From assembly GCA_016181265.1 (NCBI GenBank), contig JACOZP010000008.1, positions 132,583 through 196,582 of the forward strand: a stretch of DNA of 64,000 nt. Direction: 5' to 3'. Of this stretch, positions 30,009-40,367 are shown piece by piece. A program made the position numbers and the translations under genes. Below the pieces are notes generated by a model. The model did no database searches and had not been told where the DNA came from. It worked only from the letters and a program-made list of their open reading frames with translations. Source of the DNA: Candidatus Woesearchaeota archaeon. Its GTDB lineage: Archaea > Nanobdellota > Nanobdellia > Woesearchaeales > GW2011-AR9. Positions within the stretch are counted from its first letter, which is position 1. Every line of letters starts with the position of its first letter.

Positions 30009-30431
30009 ATGGTATTAAACCGTAAAGCGAAGGGTACAAGAGGAGAGAGGGAACTGATTAAGATATTTAATGAAAGTGGCTGGTCGGCAATCAGGGCAGC
30101 AGGGAGCGGTTCTTCACGCTATCCTTCGCCAGATATCTTGGCGGGAAATGCAGTAAGAAGAGTCGCGATTGAATGTAAAGTAACGAAAGATCAGAAGAAA
30201 TATCTCTACGCGGAGGATGTTGAGCAATTACAGACGTTCGCACAGCGGTTTGGGGCAGAATCGTGGGTTGGTATCCGTTTTCCTGGTGAAGAATGGTACT
30301 TCTTGATGCTAGAGGACTTAGAAAAAACAGGTAATTGTTGGGCGGCTTCTTTAGAATTAGCAAAAAGAAGGGGCTTGACAGCTACAGAGTTGATGGGAAA
30401 AGAAAATAATGATCTTAACCGAAACATTTAA
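30009..30431 (+). CDS. hjc: Holliday junction resolvase Hjc
   Basis: KG...EREL, RAAGSG, PDILAG and IECK. Confidence 0.93.
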   Translation: MVLNRKAKGTRGERELIKIFNESGWSAIRAAGSGSSRYPSPDILAGNAVRRVAIECKVTKDQKKYLYAEDVEQLQTFAQRFGAESWVGIRFPGEEWYFLMLEDLEKTGNCWAASLELAKRRGLTATELMGKENNDLNRNI

Positions 30432-30489
30432 AAGGGTTATTAGCACACAGTAATTACTTTTGATACTGGGTGGTAGATTTACGGCAAAA

Positions 30490-31146
30490 ATGCGCTTCAC
30501 TCCCAAAAAAATAGAGGAAATACTTATAGCTATTCTTGGTCCAGAAGGGACACCACTGATCAGAGAATTGATCGGAAAATCGAATGTTTCAGAGTTTGAT
30601 TTAGCAACACGGACAAAGAAAGATATTAAGATCATCCGCAAAATGCTTTACATCCTTCACAATTACAATCTCGTCGGTTTTACACGGAAAAAAGATAAGC
30701 AAAAAGGGTGGTATATTTACTACTGGACGCTGCTGCCGGAAAGTATCCGTTTTAATTATTACAAGATGAAGCAAAATCTTCTTGACAAATTGAATGCACA
30801 GTTGGAAGAGGAGAGAAAGGAGTTATTTTTTGTCTGTCCAAATACGTGCGTGAGATTAAATTTTGACCAAGCGATGGACTTTGAATTTCGTTGTCCAGAA
30901 TGTGGTGAATTGATCAATCAAGACAACCCGGAAGAGAGGATTAAGCAGCTACAATCACGAATTGCTAGTCTAGAAGCCGAATTTACTGAGCTGAAAGAAG
31001 AGAAGAAAGAGAAGCGGAAGCAGGGAAAAGAAAGGAAAAAAGTAGTGAAAGCAAAAATAAAAAAAGTAAGAAAAACTGATAAGAAGAAATCCGTTAAGAA
31101 AGAAACAGTTCTTAAAAAGATTAAAAAAATAGTGAAAAAGAAATAA
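30490..31146 (+). CDS. tfe: Transcription factor E alpha, with a Lys-rich C-terminal tail
   Basis: wHTH with IRKMLY.L and GWYIYYW, then zinc ribbon CPNTC...FDQAMDFEFRCPECG. Confidence 0.92.
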   Translation: MRFTPKKIEEILIAILGPEGTPLIRELIGKSNVSEFDLATRTKKDIKIIRKMLYILHNYNLVGFTRKKDKQKGWYIYYWTLLPESIRFNYYKMKQNLLDKLNAQLEEERKELFFVCPNTCVRLNFDQAMDFEFRCPECGELINQDNPEERIKQLQSRIASLEAEFTELKEEKKEKRKQGKERKKVVKAKIKKVRKTDKKKSVKKETVLKKIKKIVKKK

Positions 31147-31347
31147 TTATCTCTTCTTCTTACCTTTGATGATGCGTTCAATCATCACTTCTTCGTGGAG
31201 CACTTTTGATGTCAAACGTTGGATATTCATCTCCATAGAAGCGACACGACGCTCAACGAGGATCAATACTCGTAAAGAGTAGACAATCGCAGCAAGTGTA
31301 CCTACGATTACAGCAAGAATAACTTCAGCAAGATCAAGTCCTGGCAT
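31147..31347 (-). CDS. Small membrane-anchored coiled-coil protein
   Basis: SD GAGGTG, one TM helix (VIVGTLAAIVYSLRVL) then a heptad repeat. Confidence 0.65.
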   Translation of the reverse strand: MPGLDLAEVILAVIVGTLAAIVYSLRVLILVERRVASMEMNIQRLTSKVLHEEVMIERIIKGKKKR

Positions 31348-31478
31348 AATATACACACCTCTTTTATTTATATAGTACGATGTACTATTTGAGGTATATA
31401 AATATTGCGGTGAGGCTGCAGGTTAGAAGACCACAATCTGCCTAAACATTTATAAAACAGACAACTTCTAATGAAAGT

Positions 31479-31886
31479 ATGGATAGTTATGAAAAATTGT
31501 TGCAAAAGGCGAGACAAGAGCTTCCTGAGATCACACAGGGAAGCGAACGATTTACGATAGATAAAGCGATGGGGCATCTTGAAGGAAATAAGACGGTCTT
31601 AAGCAATCTCAAAAAAATTGCCAAGGATATGGATCGTGATCCAGAACATCTCTTAAAGTATCTTCTGAGAGAATTGGCGACACCAGGAAAATTCTTTGGC
31701 GAAAGGGTTATTTTCGGGACAAAAATTCCAGCATCAGCGATCAATAAGAAGATCAAGAAGTATGCAAGTGAATTTGTGTTCTGTCCGGAATGTCACAAGC
31801 CGGAAACAAAATTGATCGAAGAGAAAGGAGCACAGTTCATCCGCTGTAACGCCTGTGGGGCAAAGAAGCCAGTTAAAGCAATCTAA
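31479..31886 (+). CDS. eif2b: Translation initiation factor aIF-2 beta
   Basis: YEKLL..A, ERF, RDPEHLLKYLLRELATPG and CPECHKPET...CNACGA. Confidence 0.95.
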   Translation: MDSYEKLLQKARQELPEITQGSERFTIDKAMGHLEGNKTVLSNLKKIAKDMDRDPEHLLKYLLRELATPGKFFGERVIFGTKIPASAINKKIKKYASEFVFCPECHKPETKLIEEKGAQFIRCNACGAKKPVKAI

Positions 31887-31887
31887 A

Positions 31888-32205
31888 ATGAATTTTATTG
31901 TAGCAGAAAAACAAGGGGCACACGGAATTCTGATTGTCGTGACAGATAAAGATCTCTTGGGAAAACATTTTGAAGAGGGAAAAGTCCAATTAGATATACG
32001 TTCTGTTTTTTATCAAGGAGAAGAAAAATCTCCAGAGGAAGTAAAGAAGTTAATTGAGGGTGCACGTGATGCGATGTTTACCGGGAAAGCAGCTGTGGCA
32101 CTGGGAATAGAATTGGATTTGATCGATCCAAAAAAAGTCTTGTATGTGCAGAATGTTCCACATGCGCAAGTAGCGTTGGAATGTAGTAGGTGTAATTGTT
32201 TGTAA
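31888..32205 (+). CDS. DUF424-family protein
   Basis: D..LLGKHFEEG...FYQGE...G..AV...NVPHAQ. Confidence 0.85.
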   Translation: MNFIVAEKQGAHGILIVVTDKDLLGKHFEEGKVQLDIRSVFYQGEEKSPEEVKKLIEGARDAMFTGKAAVALGIELDLIDPKKVLYVQNVPHAQVALECSRCNCL

Positions 32206-32839
32206 AAACGTTGATAATTCTAAGAATAATGATGAGATAAAGATTAAAATAAAGGAACAAGAAGAGCTTATTAGACGAAAATATAGTTTAGAATCTCTTT
32301 CGGATCTGCCTAAAATAAATATTTGGAGAGAGGCATATCTCAAGTTTAATGCCAAACCGAAGGATAATAAATCCTCTGTCGAAAATTTATATCAATTAGT
32401 CCTCAGAGGAATCAAGTTAAAACCAATTAGTGCTTTAGTTGATACTTATAATTTTGTTTCTTTAAAATATATGATACCTCTGGGTGGAGAAGATGTCGAC
32501 ATGATAAAAGGAGATCTCAGACTAACTTTTGCTGGGGAAAATGAAGAAGCAGTTCTTCTCTTAGGTGACAAAGAGGCACGAGCACCACATGTTGGAGAAA
32601 TTATTTACAGAGATGCAATATCAACAATCTGTAGAAGATGGAATTGGCGCGAAGCAGAAAGAACAAAACTAACAGAAAATACAAAAAATTGCATCTTAAT
32701 ATTAGAAGGACTTCCTCCATTTACAAAGCAAGGGGTGAAAATGATCACAGAAGAGCTGAAAGAACTAATCAAGAAATATTGTGGTGGAGAAATTAAATGT
32801 TTGATTTTAGATAAAGAAAACAGAGAAGTATTAATTTAG
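32174..32839 (+). pseudogene. B3/4 (PheT editing-like) domain gene lacking its 5' end and start codon
   Basis: Stop-free frame from 32174 reads VVGVIVCKNVDN...WREAYLKF...SSVENL...LVDTYNFVSLKYMIPLGGED...CRRWNWRE; the first in-frame ATG is mid-domain at 32471. Confidence 0.6.
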
Positions 32840-32848
32840 AAAAATGAG

Positions 32849-35800
32849 CTAACCCATAAACGCTCCTAATCCGACTTGCTTCTCTTTATCTTTGCCAAAG
32901 ATATGTTCTACATCACTCTTAATGATGTTAAGAGTCTGTTTTAAGTACGGGGAGAAGTCATATTTCTCTGCTAACATCAGTGATGGTCCAAGGTATTTAA
33001 TGACGGAACCTTCAGAAATTGTAAAGATTAGTCTCCCACCGCAAGCAGTGCACTTTCCAGCGAGTGGCGGGCGACGATATTTCTCGTTGCATTTCACGCA
33101 GCGAAATTGTTGCATGGAAAATTTCTTGAGATTCCCTTTCAAATCTTTGATGAAATGTTTCTGAATAACCAATTTAGCAACATCGTCCATATTAACAGCA
33201 CGAACTTTTTGAGCAATTTCCATCTGTCCCATCAGTTTTTCTTCCATGGAGGGAATGGTCTTGTAGGCAGAACATTGCACACCTTTATTGAAATTAGTTG
33301 TTGGATGAGTAAATCCGTATTGTTCGTACTGCAGTGGTGTTCCGAGACGATCACTGATCTGTTCTACTTTCTTTTGGTCTGGACCGGATTTCACTTCCCA
33401 AGGGGCTTTCATCTCTAACGCAGCTTCATAGAGTTCCAAAGGATAACGCCAGACAATATCAACACCATGAACTTGGTCATCAACTTCAGAAGGATTAAGG
33501 AACGCAGTCAAGACTAAGGGTGAGTCCATCGTTTTAGCACCACGTCTTTCAGGAAGATATTGTCGAGAGAAATTAAGAAGAGCATCCATCAGAAGCATAA
33601 CAGCAGCTTCATCACCATCACAATCACGCCTCATCCCGGCATGATACATCGGATGGGTAATCAATCCCTGCGTTTCGGAGAAGCCGATAATCCTACCGAC
33701 TAGTCCGGCAGAGATATGGGGAGCGATGCCAACTACAAGATGACCGACAAGGTCTTGTTCTGTATTAATGTTATAAAATGGTTCTAAATGATAAAATTGA
33801 ATCAAGAGATCATCGATGAATTTTGCGACTCGTGATAATACTTTTGGTGCAGATTCATCAAGGGAGTCAAAGCCGGGGAGGATAACATCTTGGGGTTTTA
33901 TTTCTACGACTTGTTGATCAGACTGAAGATCAGCACCATATACATCGTGAGTGTATCCCAATTCCCGTAATCTTTGGACAGAGGTCTTTATCTCTTTAGG
34001 CTTGAAATGGGTGATAGGTAATTCTGTGCAGTCATAGCGAGTGGTTCCGTCTTTATTAACATAGACATCATGTTTGGCGCGGAGTAATCCTTTGGTCAAG
34101 TGTTCTACAATATGGTGTTTGTTGGAGGTGCCACGAATGCCTTTAATGAGATCGGGAAAGATTTTTTCATTAAGACGTCCTTTGGCCTTGGTGAAGTAAT
34201 AATTAATATCAAGATCTTGGTGTTTATAACGAGAAGCAGGGCCGTGACGGCATTGATCTTCTGACAGATCACCACATTGTCGACAGAAATAATGTTGGAT
34301 GCAAGCCGTACCACAGTCCTCACAAGAAGGATAAATCATTTTTTTCTGGCAGGGTTCGCAGAAGAAACAGGGGAAAGCGCTATTAACTTTGCCGTTGACT
34401 AAAGCAGCTTGGAAACTGCGCAAACGATCGCCTTCTTCTCCCACAGGAAACATGACCTGTGGGGATCCGGTAAGGTGGCGCATCTTGGCTTTTTCTGGAC
34501 GGCCCATTCTTGCACCAATAAATGTTCCAGCTTTATCCCGCTGAGTTATCTTATTGAAAGAGTTGAGGAACTCTAACGCATTTCTAAATGAAGAGTGAGA
34601 AGGGAGAGATCTCTGCTCTAATTCCTGCGGGGAAGAAAAGTTAAAGATCAAACCAAGATATTGGGCTTCTTTTTGTTCGATGACAAGATTATCTTTATTG
34701 ATAATCTTGTGAGGAAGACCAATATTATCAAGAATCTTTTTAGGATAGGAAAGTTCTTTGTTGAAAGGGAGAATAATTTTAGTGATGCCGAGTTGGTCAC
34801 ATTTTACTTTTCCCTCTTTTAGCCATTGAAAGAGAAAGGAGACATCTTCTGCAGATGCAAGCTTCCAATAGGCGGTGAACTCAGGATGTAGAGGAACGGC
34901 ATAATGAGTAGAAATAGAAATTGCTTCTTCAAAAGTAGGGTATAAAGTAAGAGGGGATTGAAGAAGTTCATTGATCCTTTCGGGAGAGAGATTCAATTTT
35001 TGCGCCGTGTCGTTGAGCCATGAACCAGTCTGGTCTTTGCCCATTGCTTTTTCAAATTCTAGCATCCACCACTCGGGACAATAACCTGCGGGAACTAATT
35101 TTTGTCCGTTCTCAGAAAAATCACCATAATTAAAGAGGATGTCACCAAGGAAGAGAATTTCTTCAACAGATGGAATGAAAGGTTTAGCTTCCTCCTCATT
35201 TTGCAACTTCATAACAGAACCATCGGTGAGACGAACGACGGGCCCTTCTAATGAGTCACAAATAGCAACGGTTGCTGCTTTTCCTGGACGTTCAACCTTG
35301 AGCTGGGTGCCAATAGCAATGAATTTGTCAAGGACAAGGAGGGTTACGGGGTGAAGTGCCGCCGTAGAAAAACCAGTTGTTCTTGCTCTCCCGTAGCGAA
35401 GACGGAAACCGCCTGCTCCTAAAGGGTGCGTTAGAATCGGACGGCCGGCAACAAGATCCATAATAAAAGTGTTATTTGCTTTCACTACTTTTTCTGTTGA
35501 TGTTTTTTCTTCATTGTTTTTAGCAGGGCCATGAGAAGCATGAATTTCTTCTTTCAGTTTGATGAAGTCAGCAAGCCAGCTCCAATCTAGACCCATCTCT
35601 TTTCCCCATTTAGAGAGACGTTTCCATAGTTTTGGCGCTTTTTGGCAGAGGCCTTCAGCAAGAACCAACGCAACACCACCACGAATGAGATTAGACTCTA
35701 TCCGAGGAAGATCTTTATAGTTGGAAACTTCGAACTGTTCAGTGGGGTCGCCGTCCACTTCAACAGGAAGATGGGAGATCATAAATTTCAATTCTTGATC

Positions 35801-36445
35801 AGAGGGACGGTATTGAAGGTTAGTAACACGTTCGTGGTAGTCTCCAACTTCGATGGCATAACGATTGACTTCTTTTTCGTCAGGATCATAGGGTGCATAA
35901 CCCATTCTCACTCTCACATAATCAGAAAGGATGACGGAAGTAGATGCAGCAGTTCCACCGGCCCCGCGGATGGGGCCGGCATATTGGAGAGCAAAATATT
36001 CTTTACCATCTCTACGCTTTTTTATTTTAAGTCCGACGAAGCCTTCTAATGGAGCTGAAACGATCCCTAACGTGAGATACGCAAAGCCGACACGAATGCC
36101 TACTTCCATCGCCGTTTGCTTATCCTCAAATTTACAAAATTGTTCTTTGGCGACCTCTTCGGCAATGGTAAAACCAACACGCCAATCAAGAAGACCGTAT
36201 TGTTTTTCAAGTTCAGTTATACGTTGGGTAACAGTAGTATTAGTTATTTGCGGTGCGACCACAGAGATGAGACCGACAACTCGTTCAGCCATGTTTTTGG
36301 CTAATGGAATAGCAACTGTCCTTTCAGGGTCTAGGCCTTTCGCTCGCGCTTCTTCAGCAACAGCATAGGCTTTTGTTACACTTTCTGTAATCTGCTGGAA
36401 GTATTGTTGTATCTCCGGTGATGCGACGATGGCCACGTTAACCAA
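32849..36445 (-). CDS. polC: DNA polymerase D large subunit DP2
   Basis: YAGPIRGAGGT, GGFRLRYGR, RMGRPEKA, catalytic RRDCDGDE and C-terminal Zn finger; no intein. Start may be GTG 36436. Confidence 0.97.
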   Translation of the reverse strand: MVNVAIVASPEIQQYFQQITESVTKAYAVAEEARAKGLDPERTVAIPLAKNMAERVVGLISVVAPQITNTTVTQRITELEKQYGLLDWRVGFTIAEEVAKEQFCKFEDKQTAMEVGIRVGFAYLTLGIVSAPLEGFVGLKIKKRRDGKEYFALQYAGPIRGAGGTAASTSVILSDYVRVRMGYAPYDPDEKEVNRYAIEVGDYHERVTNLQYRPSDQELKFMISHLPVEVDGDPTEQFEVSNYKDLPRIESNLIRGGVALVLAEGLCQKAPKLWKRLSKWGKEMGLDWSWLADFIKLKEEIHASHGPAKNNEEKTSTEKVVKANNTFIMDLVAGRPILTHPLGAGGFRLRYGRARTTGFSTAALHPVTLLVLDKFIAIGTQLKVERPGKAATVAICDSLEGPVVRLTDGSVMKLQNEEEAKPFIPSVEEILFLGDILFNYGDFSENGQKLVPAGYCPEWWMLEFEKAMGKDQTGSWLNDTAQKLNLSPERINELLQSPLTLYPTFEEAISISTHYAVPLHPEFTAYWKLASAEDVSFLFQWLKEGKVKCDQLGITKIILPFNKELSYPKKILDNIGLPHKIINKDNLVIEQKEAQYLGLIFNFSSPQELEQRSLPSHSSFRNALEFLNSFNKITQRDKAGTFIGARMGRPEKAKMRHLTGSPQVMFPVGEEGDRLRSFQAALVNGKVNSAFPCFFCEPCQKKMIYPSCEDCGTACIQHYFCRQCGDLSEDQCRHGPASRYKHQDLDINYYFTKAKGRLNEKIFPDLIKGIRGTSNKHHIVEHLTKGLLRAKHDVYVNKDGTTRYDCTELPITHFKPKEIKTSVQRLRELGYTHDVYGADLQSDQQVVEIKPQDVILPGFDSLDESAPKVLSRVAKFIDDLLIQFYHLEPFYNINTEQDLVGHLVVGIAPHISAGLVGRIIGFSETQGLITHPMYHAGMRRDCDGDEAAVMLLMDALLNFSRQYLPERRGAKTMDSPLVLTAFLNPSEVDDQVHGVDIVWRYPLELYEAALEMKAPWEVKSGPDQKKVEQISDRLGTPLQYEQYGFTHPTTNFNKGVQCSAYKTIPSMEEKLMGQMEIAQKVRAVNMDDVAKLVIQKHFIKDLKGNLKKFSMQQFRCVKCNEKYRRPPLAGKCTACGGRLIFTISEGSVIKYLGPSLMLAEKYDFSPYLKQTLNIIKSDVEHIFGKDKEKQVGLGAFMG

Positions 36446-38147
36446 ACCTCAAAACTTTTATCTGTCTCGTCTTAAGATTTACAATAGGGACGCGTGCTGG
36501 TTCGGGTTCATGTCCTAATTTTTCTTGAAATGAAGTCTTGCCTTGCCAGCAGCTGCCACTGATCATCGTGACGCCGCGATAATTTGCCTGTTTGGAGTAA
36601 TGAATATGTCCAGTGATCAGGAAATCAGGGATTTTTTTGATCAGGAGGGGGTCCTCGGCATGAGAAGGATAATAAGGAGTAGATTTGAATGAGGGGGCTA
36701 AGTGGCGGCGTTTCAGAAGAAACTTCATGATTAAATCAGAACGGTGATACCCGCCTTGTGAACGAATGGATTCAACGTTAGCAACGTAATAATCAAAACT
36801 ATAACCGTGATACATCATCACATCAAAACCAGGAAAATCGTCTCTTTTTCCGATGTTGACAAGAGCAGGATTGGTGACCAACGTGACGTTAGGAAGATTA
36901 AAAAGACCAGGAGCGAACTCTTGGTAAAACACAGGTTGCGGCTCGGCAAGATGGACCACATCATGATTACCGGGACAGATGATAACTTGTTTATCGGATG
37001 GTATCTGTTTTAATAATTCGGTAAATGCCGCGTATTGACCGGAGATGTCGTCAATCTCGAGCTCTTCTTGTTGAGAAGGATAAATGCCTACTCCATCGAC
37101 AAGATCACCGGCGATGAAGATATATTTGACATTATGAGCAATGTTGCGCTGTTCATCATTGCCCGTCTCCCCTTTTAACCAATAGAGAAACTTATTAAAT
37201 TCTTCTTTGAGAAAGAGTTTTGATCCTACGTGGATGTCAGAAAGAAAAATAACATATTCTTCTACAGGACCTTTTTTAAGTTCATGATCTTGAGGAATAT
37301 CAGGCCAGACAAAAGAATCGGCAAAGATTACTTTATCATAATAAACACCGGCGACACCTATTACTTCATCAACGACCAAGTCCTTGGCAGCAAGAAAGGT
37401 TTCGTTTTTGTTCTTGGAAACAATAATCTTAATTTCTCCTGTAGGGTCTTCTACAGTTATCACAAGATTGCCGGTTTTGGTTTCACCAACCTCTTTGATA
37501 ATGCCAATAAGAGCGATTTTTTCTTTTTCGTTTTTTTGAAGAATACGTTTAATGGTAAGGGTTCCTGTTAATTCTTTGCGATGACGAAGGATTCCTTCTA
37601 GAAAACGGTAACGAGTTAAGAAAAAGTTAGTGAAATCCTCCACCAGATATTTTCTGGGAATATTTTGATAGGAAATGATGATCGAAACAGCAGATAGAGA
37701 AGGAGAAAAAAGAAATTGGTCTTCTTTAGAAACATTTTGAAATAGAGAGGATTGATTTTCGGGAAGATATTGTCCGTCGTGAGACGTGAAAGAGAAGTCT
37801 TCTTCTGGAGATAAAGAAACTTCTGTCGAGATGATCTTTTGATTAGAGGGGGGAGTGCTTAATTGAGAAGAAGAAAATTCTTGAAGTTGAGATTGATAAA
37901 GTTCATCATCACGATCTTTTTCCGCGTCGACGCGGCTTTTATCAATTTCATACCAGTCAACGAGGGAGGATTTTCCTAAAATGTTGGTGTAATCATCATT
38001 GAGAACTAGAAGATCTTCTTCCAGTTCTAATTTGGTGATGATAGTATCATCTAAAGAAGCTTGATGTCTAGTAAGAAGTTCTTCATTGATGAGTATACCC
38101 TTTTCAAACATTTCTCCAATAAATTCCTGAGTTGTTTTTTTGACCAT
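36438..38147 (-). CDS. polB: DNA polymerase D small subunit DP1 (proofreading exonuclease)
   Basis: OB fold EDPTG, SDIHVGS, AGDLVDG, PGNHD, YHG, RHLAP and TGHIH. Confidence 0.96.
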   Translation of the reverse strand: MVKKTTQEFIGEMFEKGILINEELLTRHQASLDDTIITKLELEEDLLVLNDDYTNILGKSSLVDWYEIDKSRVDAEKDRDDELYQSQLQEFSSSQLSTPPSNQKIISTEVSLSPEEDFSFTSHDGQYLPENQSSLFQNVSKEDQFLFSPSLSAVSIIISYQNIPRKYLVEDFTNFFLTRYRFLEGILRHRKELTGTLTIKRILQKNEKEKIALIGIIKEVGETKTGNLVITVEDPTGEIKIIVSKNKNETFLAAKDLVVDEVIGVAGVYYDKVIFADSFVWPDIPQDHELKKGPVEEYVIFLSDIHVGSKLFLKEEFNKFLYWLKGETGNDEQRNIAHNVKYIFIAGDLVDGVGIYPSQQEELEIDDISGQYAAFTELLKQIPSDKQVIICPGNHDVVHLAEPQPVFYQEFAPGLFNLPNVTLVTNPALVNIGKRDDFPGFDVMMYHGYSFDYYVANVESIRSQGGYHRSDLIMKFLLKRRHLAPSFKSTPYYPSHAEDPLLIKKIPDFLITGHIHYSKQANYRGVTMISGSCWQGKTSFQEKLGHEPEPARVPIVNLKTRQIKVLRFG

Positions 38148-38190
38148 GGTGATTTTGTGAGTGGGTTAGACAAAATGGTTTAATGGATGG

Positions 38191-39393
38191 TTAAGAGAGG
38201 TGCAATGACTTCTCTAGGATTTCTTTGAGTTTGGTAACGACTGATTCTTCCAAAGAGATGGATATTTGACGAGTTCGCCCGTACCGCCCTTTTGAAATGA
38301 TATTGGCATTGATAATCCCTAACATATCCAATTCAGCCAGGATATCCGAGACCCGACGTTGGGTAAGAACATTATAATTACTCTTTTTACACAGAGTACT
38401 ATATAACTCATAGATCTCCCCTGTAAATATTTGTTTTTGTGGCGATGAGACGAGGAGGAGAGTGTATAACACCAGCTGAAATTGTTTGGGTTGATTTGTA
38501 GCTGCATTAATAATCTTATCCGATTCTACACGATGTTCAGCTTCATCAAGATGGGTGATAGAAATGGTCAGAGACCCACTCCGTTCTGCAATTTCCCCAG
38601 CAACTCTCAAAAGATCTATCGCCCGACGGGCATCTCCATGCTCACGAGCGGCAAATGCAGCACACTTTTCGATAAGTCCAGCTTCAACAGTACCCTCACA
38701 AAAAGCTTTTGCTGCTCTTTTGCGAAGGATATCTTGAATTTGGATAGCATTATAAGGTGGAAAAATAATTTCTTCTTCAGAAAGACTACTCTTGACACGA
38801 GGGTCAAGATTTTCTGCAAAGATGAGATTATTGGAGATGCCAATAAGACAAATTTGAGAATGATGTAGTTCAGAATTGATTCTTGTTAAGTTATAAAGCA
38901 TCTCGTCACCGATTTTTTTGGTTAGTTGATCAACTTCATCGAGGACTAAGAGAATTAACTGTTTTTTACGTTCGACAAGTTTGTAAAAGATGTTATATAC
39001 TTCATCAGTAGGAAGACCGGTGGGAGGGATTTCTTGGCCAAGGAATTTGATCAATTGAGCGATAAGTCGATATTCAGTATCAGCCACGCGTTTTAATTTA
39101 CAGTTTAAATAGATAGTTTGAATGGGGATGTTATTTTTCTCAGCAATTTGACGCATGGAAAGAAGTATATAACGCACAGAAAGAGTCTTACCAGTGCCTG
39201 TCTTTCCATACACAAAAAGATTAGATGTACGTTCTAAACGTAATGCAGGAGCTAAAATGTTAGCTATTTCTTGGATTTGTTCTTCTCGGTAAGGTATATC
39301 CTCTGGATAATGAGAAGATAATAGTACCGACTTATCAACAAATAAAGAGTCTTTTTTTAGGAAGTTTTCAAAATAATTACCTATTTTAAGCAT
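38191..39393 (-). CDS. cdc6: Orc1/Cdc6 replication initiator
   Basis: Walker A GKTGTGKT, Walker B LDEVD, HGDARRAIDLLR and wing motif SKGRYGRTR. Confidence 0.97.
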   Translation of the reverse strand: MLKIGNYFENFLKKDSLFVDKSVLLSSHYPEDIPYREEQIQEIANILAPALRLERTSNLFVYGKTGTGKTLSVRYILLSMRQIAEKNNIPIQTIYLNCKLKRVADTEYRLIAQLIKFLGQEIPPTGLPTDEVYNIFYKLVERKKQLILLVLDEVDQLTKKIGDEMLYNLTRINSELHHSQICLIGISNNLIFAENLDPRVKSSLSEEEIIFPPYNAIQIQDILRKRAAKAFCEGTVEAGLIEKCAAFAAREHGDARRAIDLLRVAGEIAERSGSLTISITHLDEAEHRVESDKIINAATNQPKQFQLVLYTLLLVSSPQKQIFTGEIYELYSTLCKKSNYNVLTQRRVSDILAELDMLGIINANIISKGRYGRTRQISISLEESVVTKLKEILEKSLHLS

Positions 39394-39397
39394 AGAG

Positions 39398-39418
39398 ACC
39401 CCCTTATTTCCTGTGGAA
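39398..39418 (-). promoter_or_regulatory. Origin recognition box (ORB), left
   Basis: TTCCACAGGAAATAAGGGGGT matches the TTCC-N3-GAAA...G-string ORB pattern and lies 5 bp from the cdc6 ATG. Confidence 0.8.
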
Positions 39419-40202
39419 AATGATGATTCTTGGATAGGATATGATCAAAAAAGATGTGGTTTAAGATGGATAGGTTGATCAGTTGGAAGCTTTCTTATAA
39501 AGACTTTTAATTTTGAACAGGTCTATCTTAGAATATATACCAAATAGATAAAGATATTCTTTTACGGCACTTAAAAATGGTTAAATGTAATTAAAGAAAA
39601 TATTGAATATTCCACTACAGTGGATAGTAGAGATATTACCACTTTTGATTTTAGGAAATTAATGTGGTTTTTATTATTTAACATTTATGATTTGTTATTT
39701 GTTATATTATTATTTACTATATAGAAAATAATAATAATAATAATAAAAATAAAAAGTTATGATAAAGAATAAATAATGATAAGTAAAAATATGATACTTA
39801 TTTGATAGTAAGATTGGTGAAGATAAATTCATGAATTAGATAAAAAATGTTATTATGCTCTTTGGTTTCTGAATGCATCAAACCATTGTTCAATGAGTGT
39901 TATTCCCTTTTTTAGGATATTTTCCTAATGTTGATTGCATTTAACAGTTTAGCCTATCATTCTTCTTGAACATTCCTCTCAAAATTTTTTATTAAATAAA
40001 TGTATGAAAAACCAATAGAAGACCATTTTTCCATTTCCATAAGAAATATCATTAACTAGTTAAATGGTACTAATTTGTTGATTGAATTTTAGTCCCATTC
40101 TGCGCAGAGAACTGATCGTTGTCAGTTTTCTTGCGCTTTCAGACGTTTCCTGTATCCATAATTAAAGAAGATTTTACCTAGTTCATTAAATTTTTTCTTG
40201 TT

Positions 40203-40223
40203 TTCCATTAGAAACGATGGGGT
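40203..40223 (+). promoter_or_regulatory. Origin recognition box (ORB), right, inverted relative to the left box
   Basis: TTCCATTAGAAACGATGGGGT; a mini-ORB-like TTCCATAAGAAAT also lies at 40035-40047. Confidence 0.7.
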
Positions 40224-40367
40224 GGCGGTGGTTGATCAGGGATTTCCAATTATTTTAGGTTGACTTATTGTTAAATGCAATTATTTTGGCTGGTGCTTTC
40301 ATTTAATTAGTCTTTTCCATTAATTTCTAAGAAATGTTTATATAGTTTATATTGTGTTTTTCTACTT

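Larger units (their letters stand above)
39394..40367. other. Candidate chromosomal replication origin (oriC)
   Basis: About 970-bp non-coding gap upstream of cdc6, with a very AT-rich core (~39660-39860, including an (AAT)n tract) and flanking ORB-like boxes. Confidence 0.8.

Noticed and set aside
39700-39760. (AAT)n tract as a CRISPR array or mobile-element repeat
   Set aside because: It is a short simple repeat within the AT-rich origin core; there is no repeat-spacer structure or cas gene in the window.
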